Shown here: in pieces, positions 51,759 to 62,884 of the stretch
How positions within the stretch are numbered: position 1 is the stretch's first letter
Layout of the letters: every line of letters starts with the position of its first letter
NCBI GenBank assembly: GCA_024137785.1
Contig: JAHRHZ010000116.1
Coordinates: 248,001 to 312,000 of the forward strand
Length of the DNA stretch: 64,000 nucleotides
Direction: 5' to 3'
Source: Ginglymostoma cirratum
Taxonomy: Eukaryota
Position numbers and translations under genes: made by a program
The notes under the pieces: generated by a model
Databases searched by the model: none
What the model saw: only the letters and a program-made list of their open reading frames with translations
What the model was told of the DNA's origin: nothing

Positions 51759-53469
51759 AAATTTAATTAGAAATTTCGCACGCTGTTGTGTTATGGAACA
51801 AATGGCGGTTGAAAACTTTTTTTTCTTCGTAGCACGCTGAGATGCATTCGGTCAAAAGAAAAGTCAATCTGAAGAGTAGACATTTCTTTGGTGCTATGGT
51901 GAGATTCTTATTTTATTTCGATTGTAAAAGCATTTGAACAAATTGATGTTCAGCAACAGATCAGTCAATGCTTCCGTGAAATTCTGACTGCCACTCCTGG
52001 GAGCACTAGATTTACCCTAGCTGGTTTGACGTAGAATGCGTCTTGTTTTTGTGACCACCTGTCGTCCAGGAGTTCCATTTCATCCTTTATTGAGATTTCC
52101 ATACGTAATTCCTGCAGTGTTGACCATCTCCTTTCCTATCCTACGTCCTGTAGACTTAACACAGCCCTTGCTGCGAGAGTTTATTGTTCAGTGTACGTTT
52201 CTGTGTTAGACCATGTTTGCACACAATATATGAGTTCAGTTGTTTGAGGCTGTAAACTTTATATCCAACTCTAAACGCAGATTTCCCTCAGTGCTCTTTG
52301 TCCTTTCAACGTTTGTTTCATCTGCGTCACTGCAATTGATAACTCTGAATATTAGAGCCTTAGAAATCAATGAATACTGATTTTCAATATTATTCTAAAT
52401 TCAAACCGTTGAAGTGGGTAGGTGAGGAGTCATTTGTTTAAGTAAGGTGGAGAGTTTATTCTTTGTCTATACTGTAGTCATTGCCTGAATGTTATCCCTG
52501 AATTTCACATATTGTACCTCGAAAGTGTTTTGTTGTGAACACTTGCAAAAGACATTTTTTAAACTGTAAATTAGTGATTCGATAGTTCAGGACGGCTGCA
52601 TCCGTTGTTGTTCTGGTTTACTTATTTACTTCCCAATTATTTTGATGTGAAATGATCGCCTCAACTTTTTTATAATTGAAAGCATTCCATTGCAGGTTAC
52701 AATGTAAACCATTTCGTCTGCATCGCACTGCCTACTCCACAGTCTAACCCGTGATCAGACTAATTTATTACGTGTAATATGTTGAGACCTAAAAATACGA
52801 AATGTCTGTGCAAGTTAAAGTCTTCCCTGTGATTGCGTCAGTGAAATGAAAATGTAAGGACTGGCTTTATTCACAATGCTCTCACAACGTGTTCTCTAAC
52901 AAGTGGAACAGAGAACCATAAAGTCTCCTGATTACATAAGAACAAAGAACATAAGAACTAAGAGCAGGAGGAGGCCTTCCAGTCCTTCGAGCCTGCTCTG
53001 CCATTCAACAAGATCACGGCTGATCTTTTCGTGCACTCAGATCCACTTATCCTACCCGAATATATTTCTGACAGCCCCCTGGTCCTCGCTGTCGCCTCGC
53101 CCTCCGCTGCTGCAAATGAAGCCCGCTGACCCTCGAGGTAAGCCCTTTAAGAGGGAAACTTACCTTCCTGACAGCCCCCGGGTCCTCGCTATCGCCTCTC
53201 CCTCCGCTGTCCTCTAACACCACAGTCTCTCATCTTGCTTACTGCTAGTGATGTTATAGTTGATTTTATATACTGTCGCGAAAAGAAAAATGAGATGCCA
53301 GAGTGGCGAGTACCCGACAATATAACTTTCTACAATTAAATTAGAAACTCCTTGCGTAAGGATACTGAATTGTATGTTTGGCGTTAATTTGGATTTATTA
53401 AGGTTTCATTTCGATCCGAATTTCTGTTTTAAGCAACCTTTCTTTAACAAATAAGTCGTTTTTATATAG

Positions 53470-54784
53470 ATGAGATAATAGGTACTGCTGATGTTGGAGA
53501 ATCCAAGATGACAAGGTATGGATCTGAATGAACACAGCAGGCCAAGCAGCATCATAGGAGCAGGAAAGCTTGACGTTTCGGGCCTCGACCCGTCATCAGT
53601 AATGGGGGAGGGGAAGAGGGTTCTGAAATAAATAGGGAGAGAGGGGGAGGCGGATAGAAGTTGGATAGAGGAGAAGATAGGTGGAGAGGAGACAGACAAG
53701 TCAAAGAGGCGGGGATGGAGCCAGTAAAGGTGAGTGTAGGTGGGGAGGTAGGGAGGAGATAGGTCAGTCCAGGGAGGACGGACAGGTCAAGAGGGCGGGA
53801 TGAGGTTAGTACATTGGAGATGGGGGTGCGGCTTGAGGTGGGAGGAGGGGATAGGTGAGCGTAAGAACAGGTTAGGGAGGCGGGGACGAGCTGGGCTGGT
53901 TTTGGGATGTGGTTGGGGGAGCGGAGATTTTGAAGCTTGTGAAATCCACATTGATACCATTGGGCTGCAGGGTTTCCAGGCTGAATATGATTTGCTGTTC
54001 CTGCAACCTTCGGGTGGCATCATTGTGGCACTGCAGGAGGCCCAGGATGGACATGTCGACTGAGGAATGGGAGGGGGAGTTGAAATGGTTCGCGACTGGG
54101 AGGTGCAATTGTTTGTTGCGAACTGAGCGCAGGTGTTCTGCACAGCGGTCCCCAAGCCTCCGCTTGGTTTCCCTGATGTAGAGGAGGTCACAACGGGTAC
54201 AGCAGATTCAGTATACCACATTGGCAGATGTGCAGGTGAACATTTGCTTGATGTCGAAAGTCTTCTTGTGGCCTGGGATTGGGGTGAGGGAGGAAGTGTG
54301 GTGGCAAGTGTAGCACTTCCTGCTGTTGCAGGAAAAGTGCTGGGTGTGGTGGGGCTGGAGGGGAGTGTGGAGCGGATAAGGGAGTCAGGGAGAGTGTGGT
54401 CTCTCCGGAAAGTGTACAGGCGTGGGGAGGGAAAAATGTCTTTGGTGGTGGTGTCGGATTGCAGATGGCGGAAGTGTCAGAGGATGATGCGTTAGATCCG
54501 GAGGTTGGTGGGGTGGTACGTGAGGACGAGGGGATTTTTTTTGGTTGTTATTGCGGGGACGGGGTGTGAGGGATGAGTTGCGGGAAATGCGGGAGACACG
54601 GTCGAAGGCGTTCTCGACCACTGCAGGGCGGGGTGGGGGAGTGTGGAAGTTGCGGTCCTTGAGGAATGAGGACATCTGAAATGTACGGGAGTGCAATGCT
54701 TCATCCTGGGAGCAGATGCGGCGGAGGCGAAGGAATTGGGAATAGGGGATGGCGTTTTTGAAGGAAGGTGGGTGGGAGGAGGTA
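53470..54784 (-). mobile_element. Young 5'-truncated Penelope-like element
   Basis: Highly similar to 60519-61955 in opposite orientation. Contains the GIY-YIG region, HLPVANHFNSPSHS, and a pLTR end with a hammerhead core. Confidence 0.9.
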
Positions 54785-55405
54785 TGTCTGGTCGGTATTG
54801 CTGGTCAATTTTACTGATTGATCATTGCTGGTCGATTTTACTGATTGTTCAGAGGCTCAGAAAGAACAATTTCAACAGACATAGACTTAAAAAGTAGTGT
54901 TTTGATTTCACTGTTATTAAAACTGAATTAATTGATCAGTTTGGTCAGTCTGGCAATGTCTTTACAGTCTAGTCAGTTGTTGATTTTTTATACTCAGGTC
55001 AATGCGAACATTGCCATTGTGGGGCCATATCTATTTGGCAGGATCTCGGATGATGTTGACTAACAAAACCAGTAAATCAGTTTAATTTCCTATGAGTTAC
55101 TGGCCGTCCCCAATTAATGATCAAGGCGAGTTTATTCTTCTGATTAGTTAAACTGCGAAGGTCTTCTATATAGAACAGTTATTTTTAAGATAACCCATCT
55201 CGGTTGCACTTTTACATTTGGGAGCATAATATTAGCTATCAGTTTGTCGTGGTGACTCCAGATTAGGTGATAAATTTTCTCCGTCTTTCGTAGTTTGGAA
55301 AGTATAGTAAACAGCTATAGCATCGAAAGCCACCTCGGATGGATGAATCAAGAATGTTTTGAGAGTCTTTTTTTTATTTTGGAAGTATTGAATGCACTTC
55401 AGGGC

Positions 55406-55678
55406 TCGTGTGAAACATAATGTGGAGTGATACACAATCGAGATGGACAAGGGAGTACCGGTTACTAAAGAGTTTTCCAGACTTTGCTGAGTCAGCTGTG
55501 AATCTTTCTGGAAAATACGGAGATGTATCGGTCTGACTCCTAGAGAATATCTTCAGATCATTGCCAGAATCCATGACATATCTGTAGACACAGAGTATAT
55601 TGCTCTATTTGATGTCATAGTGGAAAGAAGCGGGAGAGTTGTCGTGTTGTCACTGTGTTCTCCACGCGAAAACCAAGC
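55406..55678 (-). pseudogene. TCR alpha-type V pseudogene (duplicate A)
   Basis: SRGE.TVT...LKIFSRSQTDTSPYFPERFTADSAKSGK / VTGTPLSISIVYHSTL. Heptamer-like CACACGA at 55406-55412, 23 nt, then CCAAAATAA. Confidence 0.7.
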
Positions 55679-56357
55679 CTAAAGCATTACAGATGTGGCG
55701 TGGATCTAACCAAGTTGAATTTTGAATTATATTGCTAAGCATGATTTTGTTAAAAAGTCCAATGGCAACAATGTTAATATGAACGAAAGCCAGAAAAGAA
55801 CATATGGTTCACTGATGTCTTTAAGGAAGCAAATCTGCCACCCTCACAAAGTGTGGCTTACATATGGCAATAGATACACAATAAAGCATCTCCCAAAATG
55901 AATGGGAAACGAAGATTGACAGGTGAGTCATTTATAGAAAGATGTCAAGTCTATTCAGTATTGCAGGTTCATTTTAACGATTGTTCAGAGGTTCATAAAG
56001 AACAGATTTAAAAGGCAAGGACTTGCAAAGTGATTTCTTTTGTTTTTCTTTATACTGTTGTTAAAACTGAAATAATTGATCATTTCTGTCAGCCAGGGGG
56101 TGTCTTTCTAGTCTCGTGAGTTTTTGATTTTTTTTTCCTGTGGTCAATCAGAACATTGTCATGTGTGGTTGTATTTATTTGTAAATATCCCGGATGGTGT
56201 TGACCATCAAAACCAGAAAATCAATCTAATCATGTTACAGGTTGTTCCCAGTTAAAAATCATGGTTAGTTCTTTCTTCGGATCAGTTACAACTCAAGACT
56301 GTTCAATGCAAAACAAATTTCTTTTTGCTTTTATTTTGTGTTCTTCAAAGATAAAAC

Positions 56358-56436
56358 CTTTCAGTTGCAGTTTTATTGTTGGGAGCAGAATGTGAACCAT
56401 GCATTTGTCACAGTGATTCCAGATTAGCCCAACACT
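56358..56436 (-). pseudogene. Possible J-segment relic with 12-bp RSS
   Basis: On the minus strand: weak nonamer AGTGTTGGG, 12 nt, perfect CACTGTG (56409-56415), then 51 nt reading TNAWFTFCS/TIKLQLK with one frameshift, then a GT donor. Confidence 0.35.
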
Positions 56437-56575
56437 TTTTTTTTTTATTTTCGTTCTTTAACAATTAGAAAGAGACAACAAACTGCTACATCGGTGACAC
56501 TCACGTTGGCCGAATGAATCAAGAAAGAGTTGAGGGGCCTTTCTCGGCTTTGGAAGAGTGGAGTGCACTGTGGAC

Positions 56576-56855
56576 TAGTGTGAAACATAATGCATTTCAT
56601 ACATGGTCGAGACACACGCAAGAGTACCGGAGACTTAAGAGTTCTCCAGACATTGTCCGAGTCAGCACAGAATCTGATCGCAAAATATGGAGATGTGTCA
56701 AGCTGATCCCTGGAGAATATACTTAGATCTTTGCTGGCACACATGATACATCTGTAGAGACAGAGTTTAGTGCTCCATTTAGAGTCACAGTTGAGGGGAA
56801 GCAGGAGAGTTACAGCGTTGTCATAGAATTTACCATGCAAAAGCCAAGCCAAATG
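56576..56855 (-). pseudogene. TCR alpha-type V pseudogene (duplicate B)
   Basis: LNCDS..LCLYRCI..LSIFSRDQLDTSPYFAIRFCADSD / VSGTLACVSTMY. Heptamer-like CACACTA at 56576-56582. Confidence 0.7.
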
Positions 56856-58939
56856 CTATGTAGATTTGGGGTGAATCTAAACAAAGTGAATTTTGAATTA
56901 TATTGGCAAACGTGAATTTTAAACAAAAGTTTAATAACAACCACGTTGCTATGATCGTAAGCCAGAAAAAATAAAATCTATGTTTCAATAGTGTACACAG
57001 GGAAGCAAAGCATCCATCCTCACACAGTATGGCCTACAAGTCACAATAGATACACAATAAAAGACCCTACGAAACGTATGGTTAACAAAGGTCGACAATG
57101 CCAGAACTGGCCGCATTCTATAAACGAATTAAAGACTTCTCAGAAGATTAGTGTCATAGTCTTTAATGTACGATAAATTAATTCAGTCAGGCTCTGTTTT
57201 TTATTTAACCTTCACTATTAGTTCTTGTAAAAAGACCATGGGATTTTTGAACATTCGTAAGTATACGTAACAACTAATCATTACGTATTAATCATTGAAA
57301 CATAGACTCGCTGGGAAGCAAAAAAAAATCCTTCACAGTGCCTAAGTCAAAATTTTTGAACATCCTTCCAAGCAGACTTTAGGGTGTGCTTGTACTCGAG
57401 GTCTGCAGTTGTTGAATTAGGCTTCTCATTGCCACACCTTCTCCACAGCAATTAGTGAAAGGCAATAAGCACTGGCCTGGATAATGCCTTCCATATCCCA
57501 TGAATGAATAATAAAGAAATATGTCTATTCTTTGTATTGACTGTGTTGGTAGTCTGCTCAATAGTCAACCATGGTTATTGTAAAATCAGAGCATGCTTAT
57601 TGTAAGATGGAAAGTCCTGCCATGATTCTCGTTCTGTTGTTCAGCTCTGGCAAGCTTTGTCTTCCATGGCTGAAAAAGAGTTAAATAACACGACATGCTA
57701 ACCTAAAGCGTTCGACAAGACAGTTCCACTTTCCAATGCAAAATAAGGAATCAGGAACAAATTTCATTGAATCATTTTACGTCATTCATGGGTTCAAAGA
57801 GGTGCGTGTGGAAAATCGTCATTTCGCATTTGAGTGCAAAACAAAGGGCTATGAATGCGCATGTTCAATAACAGAACAAATTGGCAAACTAAGGAGACTT
57901 TTTTTTTTAAAAGCACGACCCGTCGGATGATAGAGTTCATTGATAAATGAAGTACATGGAGCTGGTGGAAGTGATGCAATTTTCAGGCCGAGGAAAATTG
58001 CAAGGCAAAGAAAGGAATTGAAGAGCGTGGTACTTTGGGTGGAAAGATTTTATTATTGTGAGCGTGGAGAAAAATTCGTCTGGAGTACATACACTGTCCA
58101 CGTCCAATTGAGGGCCAGTTAGCAGGTCCTGTTCCTGAAAATTTTATATAACGTAAAATTCAGTAGCGCAAAGAACATGGGGGAGAAGCAAAATTGTCCG
58201 GAATTGAAGTTGGCAGAGATGCAGAATGTTCTGACCCTCGTGAGTAACAACGAAACCACAGCAGAACCAACACAAGCTGTACCAAACTGACAATTGGATT
58301 TTTGTGAGCCAAGTTTCCACATTGGAAAAGACTGCAAACAAACCAAAGTAGGTGTTGAAATGAAATAACATTACGATGTAAATTTTAATGAATGCGAAGT
58401 GGAAAGGAAAACGTCTCCCTTGATGAAGGAACATAGACAAATTGAAAGACCGTTGTAGCACTCCCATGATGTATTAAATTGACAAGTAAAAAATGCTTAT
58501 TTTTTTGACAACTGAGAGTTTGTTTCACTATATCTGCCATTTTTATTGAATCTTCCTGTGGGCATGAAAGAACTCAGTTTAATTACCCTTGCATAAAAGC
58601 AAGATGGATAGGATTTGTCCGACTGAAAGTAGAATGGACTTTACCTTTCAACAAGAAAAAAATAGAAATACAAATTTAAAATCAAATGTTTGTAAACTAA
58701 TCACTTTGCCCATGCCCTTCATCTCTGAAACTTCAATAAAATTGCTCTTCATGCAAACCTCCACATATTTAACCTGTATTGAACATATCCAATTAAATTT
58801 TGGAAACATTCTGTGAATCTGGATTTTTTTTACAACAAGATTCCCGACAGTGTGTAAGCAGGTTATTTGGTCCAATGAATTAATATTGATTCGTCTAAGA
58901 GCTTCCCACCAAACACATACATTATCCTGTGATCCTGCA

Positions 58940-59160
58940 AAAACCTATGGTTACTGTACGTTCACATCCCTCGTCATGACAGGCAATTTGGTATGGCCAA
59001 TCCACCTAATCTGCACATCTTTGGACTGTGGGAGTAAATCAGTGTACCCATGGTAAATTCACGCAGACACAGGGAGAATGTGCAAACGCCACACAGACAG
59101 GCGCCCGAGGGTAGCATTGAATCCGGATTACTGGTGCTATGAGGCAGCCATGCTAACCAA
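58940..59160 (-). mobile_element. HE1/V-SINE-like SINE
   Basis: Minus strand ggttagcatggctgcctca..ggattcaatgc..gtttgcacattctccctgtgtctgcgtg core. Confidence 0.75.
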
Positions 59161-60487
59161 GGATATATCATGATTATCCATACTCTCCCTGTGTAAAAGA
59201 GAGCTATCTAGTTTCTAAATGTTAGCTCTCTTTTTCTCCATGAATGCTGCCTGATCTGCTGCAATGTCAAGCATTCTTCTTTTGTTTTCAGATCAGATTC
59301 CAGCATCAACAATAATTTTGCTCCTTCCAGCAATGGGAGTAGTTTCACTTTCTCTGCTCTATTCAGACTCCTCATGATTTTAAAACATCTCTTCGATTCC
59401 TTCTTGTCCCCCTCAAACTACTCTTCTCTAAGGAAAATCGTCGTAACTTATGCGATCTTGAACTCCCAGGACCCTGAAATAATTCTTGTTGATCTTCCTG
59501 CATCTTCCATCTTGCCTTCACAACCGCCCGAAATGATATTGCTCAGAAATCGACCTAATATTCCAGTTGGAGTGAAAGTATGTTCTAGAAATTTAGCACA
59601 ATTTCTTTGGTTTGTACTCATTGTTCCGCTTAATAAATCTTAAGGTTCCATAAGCTTTATTTTGCAACCCCTCATGACAATTTTAGCATTTTTGCACTGA
59701 TGTCTGCTTTCTACGACATTTTATCACCACAATGTTACTCCAGTCTATGTTTGCATTTATTTGCCTTTACACCGACCGGGGAGACACTCTTGTTCCATTT
59801 TACTTTTCTGAGAATTATTTCAGGTTATTTAATTTCAAAGTAAGCATCTGTCACTTCGTGATATTTGCTTTATTTTTTATGCCCCATTGTGTGAATTGGC
59901 CTAAGCGTCTCTCTGTTGGCGGATGGATTCTGGTACAGCAACTTCCACAATGGTTTTACATTCATGATGATCTGGATTTAAAAGTGTCTGATAATTTCAA
60001 GTAGAGACACTTCAATATAGAGAAACCAATGCCTCCACGTGCATTCCATTTAGCCATTAATCTAATGTCAGATATTTCTATGGAAACTCATTTGTAAAGC
60101 CATACATTTCAGAGAAAAGAAATTCGGGCTGTTCACAATTTCCAACTCTTGTTCGATTTTGATCATGTCCTTTCTCAGTGTTGTAGGAATTCAACACGAA
60201 TGATGTAAAGTCGTATAAAATAGAAACAGGAGAGGCTACACCTCCTTTGATACTGTTGCAAATTTCAAGAACACCAGGTAGAATCATGTTGCTTCACATT
60301 GTGGCTTGCTATCTTCCCTAATCCATTGACAGCCTTCATATACGAACATTTATCAAAATCTATGTTATTTTTTATTGGATCCCTTAAGAGGTTGGATCTG
60401 TCTCAATTTGGTCATTTCAGTTTTTTTTTTCTAAGGGATGGTTAATAAAATTCCAGTCACTGTAACTTTATTGATAATGTGGCCCTA

Positions 60488-61955
60488 ACGAGGCGGCGCC
60501 GATGCAGTCATCAATGTATCGGAGGAGTTCATCCACTTCACCAACACCTTCCACCCCAACCTGAAGTTCACCTGGACCATCTCCAACACTTCTCTCTCCT
60601 TCCTGGACCTCTCTGTCTCCATCTTGGGTAACCGCCTAGAAACCGATGTCCATTTCAAGCCCACTGACTCCCACAGCAACCTGGAATACACCTCCTCCCA
60701 CCCACCTTCCTGCAAAAATGCCATCCCCTATTCCCAATTCCTTCGCCTCCGCCGCATCTGCTCCCAGGATGAGACATTCCACTACCGTACATCTCAAATG
60801 TCCTCATTCTTCAAGGACCGCAACTTCCCCCCAACAGTGGTCGAGAACGCTCTCGACCGTGTCTCCCGCATTTCCCGTAACACATCCCTCACGCCCGGTC
60901 CCCGCAATAATAACCAAAAAAGAATCCCCCTCGTCCTCACGTACCACCCCACCAACCTCCGGATCCAACGCATCATCCTCTGACACTTCTGCCATCTGCA
61001 ATCAGACCCCACCGCCAAAGACATTTTCCCCTCCCCACCCTTATCTGCCTTCCGGAGGGACCACTCCCTCCGCGACTCCCTTGTCCGCTCCACACTCCCG
61101 TCCAGTCCCACCACACCCGGCACTTTTCCCTGCAACCGCAGGAAGTGCTACACCTGTCTCCACACCTCCTCCCTCACCTCAATCCCAGGCCCCAAGAAGA
61201 CTATCCACATCAGGCAGATGTTCACCTGCATATCTGCCAAAGTGGTATACTGCATCTGCTGTACCCGTTGTGGCTTCCGCTACATCGGGGAAACGAAGCG
61301 AAGGCTTGGGGACCGCTTTGCAGAACACCTGCGCTCAGTTCGCAACAAACAACTGCACCTCCCAGTCGCGAACCATTTCAACTCCCCCTCCCATTCCTCA
61401 GACGACATGTCCATCCTGGGCCTCCTGCAATGCTACAGTGATGCCACCCGAAGGCTGCAGGAACAACAAATCATATTCAGCCTGGGAACCCTGCAGCCCA
61501 ATGGTATCAATGTGGATTTCACAAGCTTCAAAATCTCCCCTCCCCCAACCGCATCCCAAAACCAGCCCAGCTCATCTCCACCTCCCTAACCTGTTTTTCC
61601 TCTCACCTATCCCCTCCTCCCACCTCAAGCCGCACCCCCACCTCCTATCTACCAACATCATCCCGCCCCCTTGACCTGTCCATCCTCCCTGGACTGACCT
61701 ATCTCCTCCCTACCCCCCTACCTACACTCACCTTTACTGGCTCCATCCCTGCCTCTTTGAATTGTCTGTCTCCTCTCCACCTATCCTCTACTCTATCCAT
61801 CCTTTATCCGCCTCCCCCTCTCTCCCTATTTATTTCAGAAGCCTCTTCCCCTCCCCCATTTCTGATGAAGGGTCTAGGCCCGAAACGTCAAGTTTTCCTG
61901 CTCCTATGATGCTGCTTGACCTGCTGTGTTCCTCCAGCCCTACGCCTTGTTATCA
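60488..61955 (+). mobile_element. Young 5'-truncated Penelope-like element with 31-bp 5' inversion
   Basis: RT C-terminus (FLDL, KPTDSHSNLEYTSSHP), one internal stop at 60981-60983, and GIY-YIG VVYCICCTRCGFRYIGETKRRLGDRFAEH. Positions 60488-60518 encode YIDDCIGAAS on the opposite strand. Confidence 0.92.
61862..61889 (+). ncRNA. Minimal type I hammerhead ribozyme core in Penelope pLTR
   Basis: CTGATGA, stem II (gggtc/tag/gccc), GAAAC and GTC. Flanking stem I pairing is poor in this copy. Confidence 0.5.
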
Positions 61956-62814
61956 TGGATACATGTTTCTCCTGCTTACATGAAGGTTGAGTAAGTGAAG
62001 TTATAGCTTTGCGAGTTTTTTTTCCACCGGCCACATGACATTGAACAACCTGATAGACTGGGGGTAGGGAAAGCATAAGAGAAGACACGTCAGAAGCATC
62101 GAAAGTGAGAAATTGAGCAATATTTTGAAACCAATCATCCTGAAGAGCAGAACCTGAGTTCAGAAGTCTGAAAAAAATTCAACCTTTTGGGAAGAGTGAG
62201 AGTTCACGTAAAGTATATACGATTGTGAGACATCTCTGGCGGTGTACATGTTGAATACCCATTTTCTCGTTTGGAGCATTCTAGAGTTGGGGAGCATTGT
62301 TTTAAAATAGGAGTCGCCTATTTTAGAACGAGAGTGCATGATATATTTTCTTTCGAAATATCATAACGTTTTCCTACTCTGCTCCCTAAAAACATGGTGG
62401 GAGCAATCATTTTGAATATTTTAAGTCTGTGCTAGTTGCTTTGTTGGTAGTCAACGAAATGAAAGATTGTCAAGGTGGTAGAAAGAGCCGATTTGATTTT
62501 ATGCCCAGATTAAGCATAAAGTAGTTGAAATTTCCAGTAGAATCATTCAGCAAATATCGTGCGCACATTGCTAACAAGTCTGGACATATATGTTTTCTGC
62601 ATGTCTTTAATAGCATCAGTCATCTTGCTGATGTTTCAATTTTCAGGCATAACAATGTGTGTTAGCCTGTTTCTTCAGCAAACTCTAAATAAATTGCACG
62701 TCAGAGCTTAATTATGTCTCCGGAGAATCTCACTCCGAATAAATGAGGGATGCCTCAATGTGTTTCAGGACTAAATTCGACAACACTGAATGTTATTTGT
62801 GTTTTTCAATGACA

Positions 62815-62884
62815 ATGCACGATCCGCCAAATGGACTGATCTTTGCCATTTTTTATCCTATCATCGCTATTATTGGTGGACCTG
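62815..62884 (+). CDS. GPR139-like GPCR, first coding exon (second exon not in window)
   Basis: MHDPPNGLIFAIFYPIIAIIGGP+G|GTAAGT. Same 70-nt length, phase and motif as exon 1 of the intact paralog. An alternative in-frame ATG lies at 62809. Confidence 0.85.

Larger units (their letters stand above)
54830..57095. repeat. Diverged tandem duplication of a ~1.15-kb unit (about 54830-55920 and 55965-57095)
   Basis: Colinear shared blocks such as gattgttcagagg, tgaaacataatg, catctgtaga, gaattttgaattatattg and caatagatacacaataaa. Confidence 0.9.

Noticed and set aside
51101-51840. Long ORFs with X runs
   Set aside because: Artefacts of the N gap.
57940-58310. FYYCERG and CTKLTI motifs suggesting V or J relics
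   Set aside because: Isolated short motifs without RSS or framework support.
60646-61674. 342-aa Ser/Pro/Thr-rich ORF as a novel gene
   Set aside because: Alternative frame of the C-rich Penelope element. The true coding frame is the RT/GIY-YIG frame.
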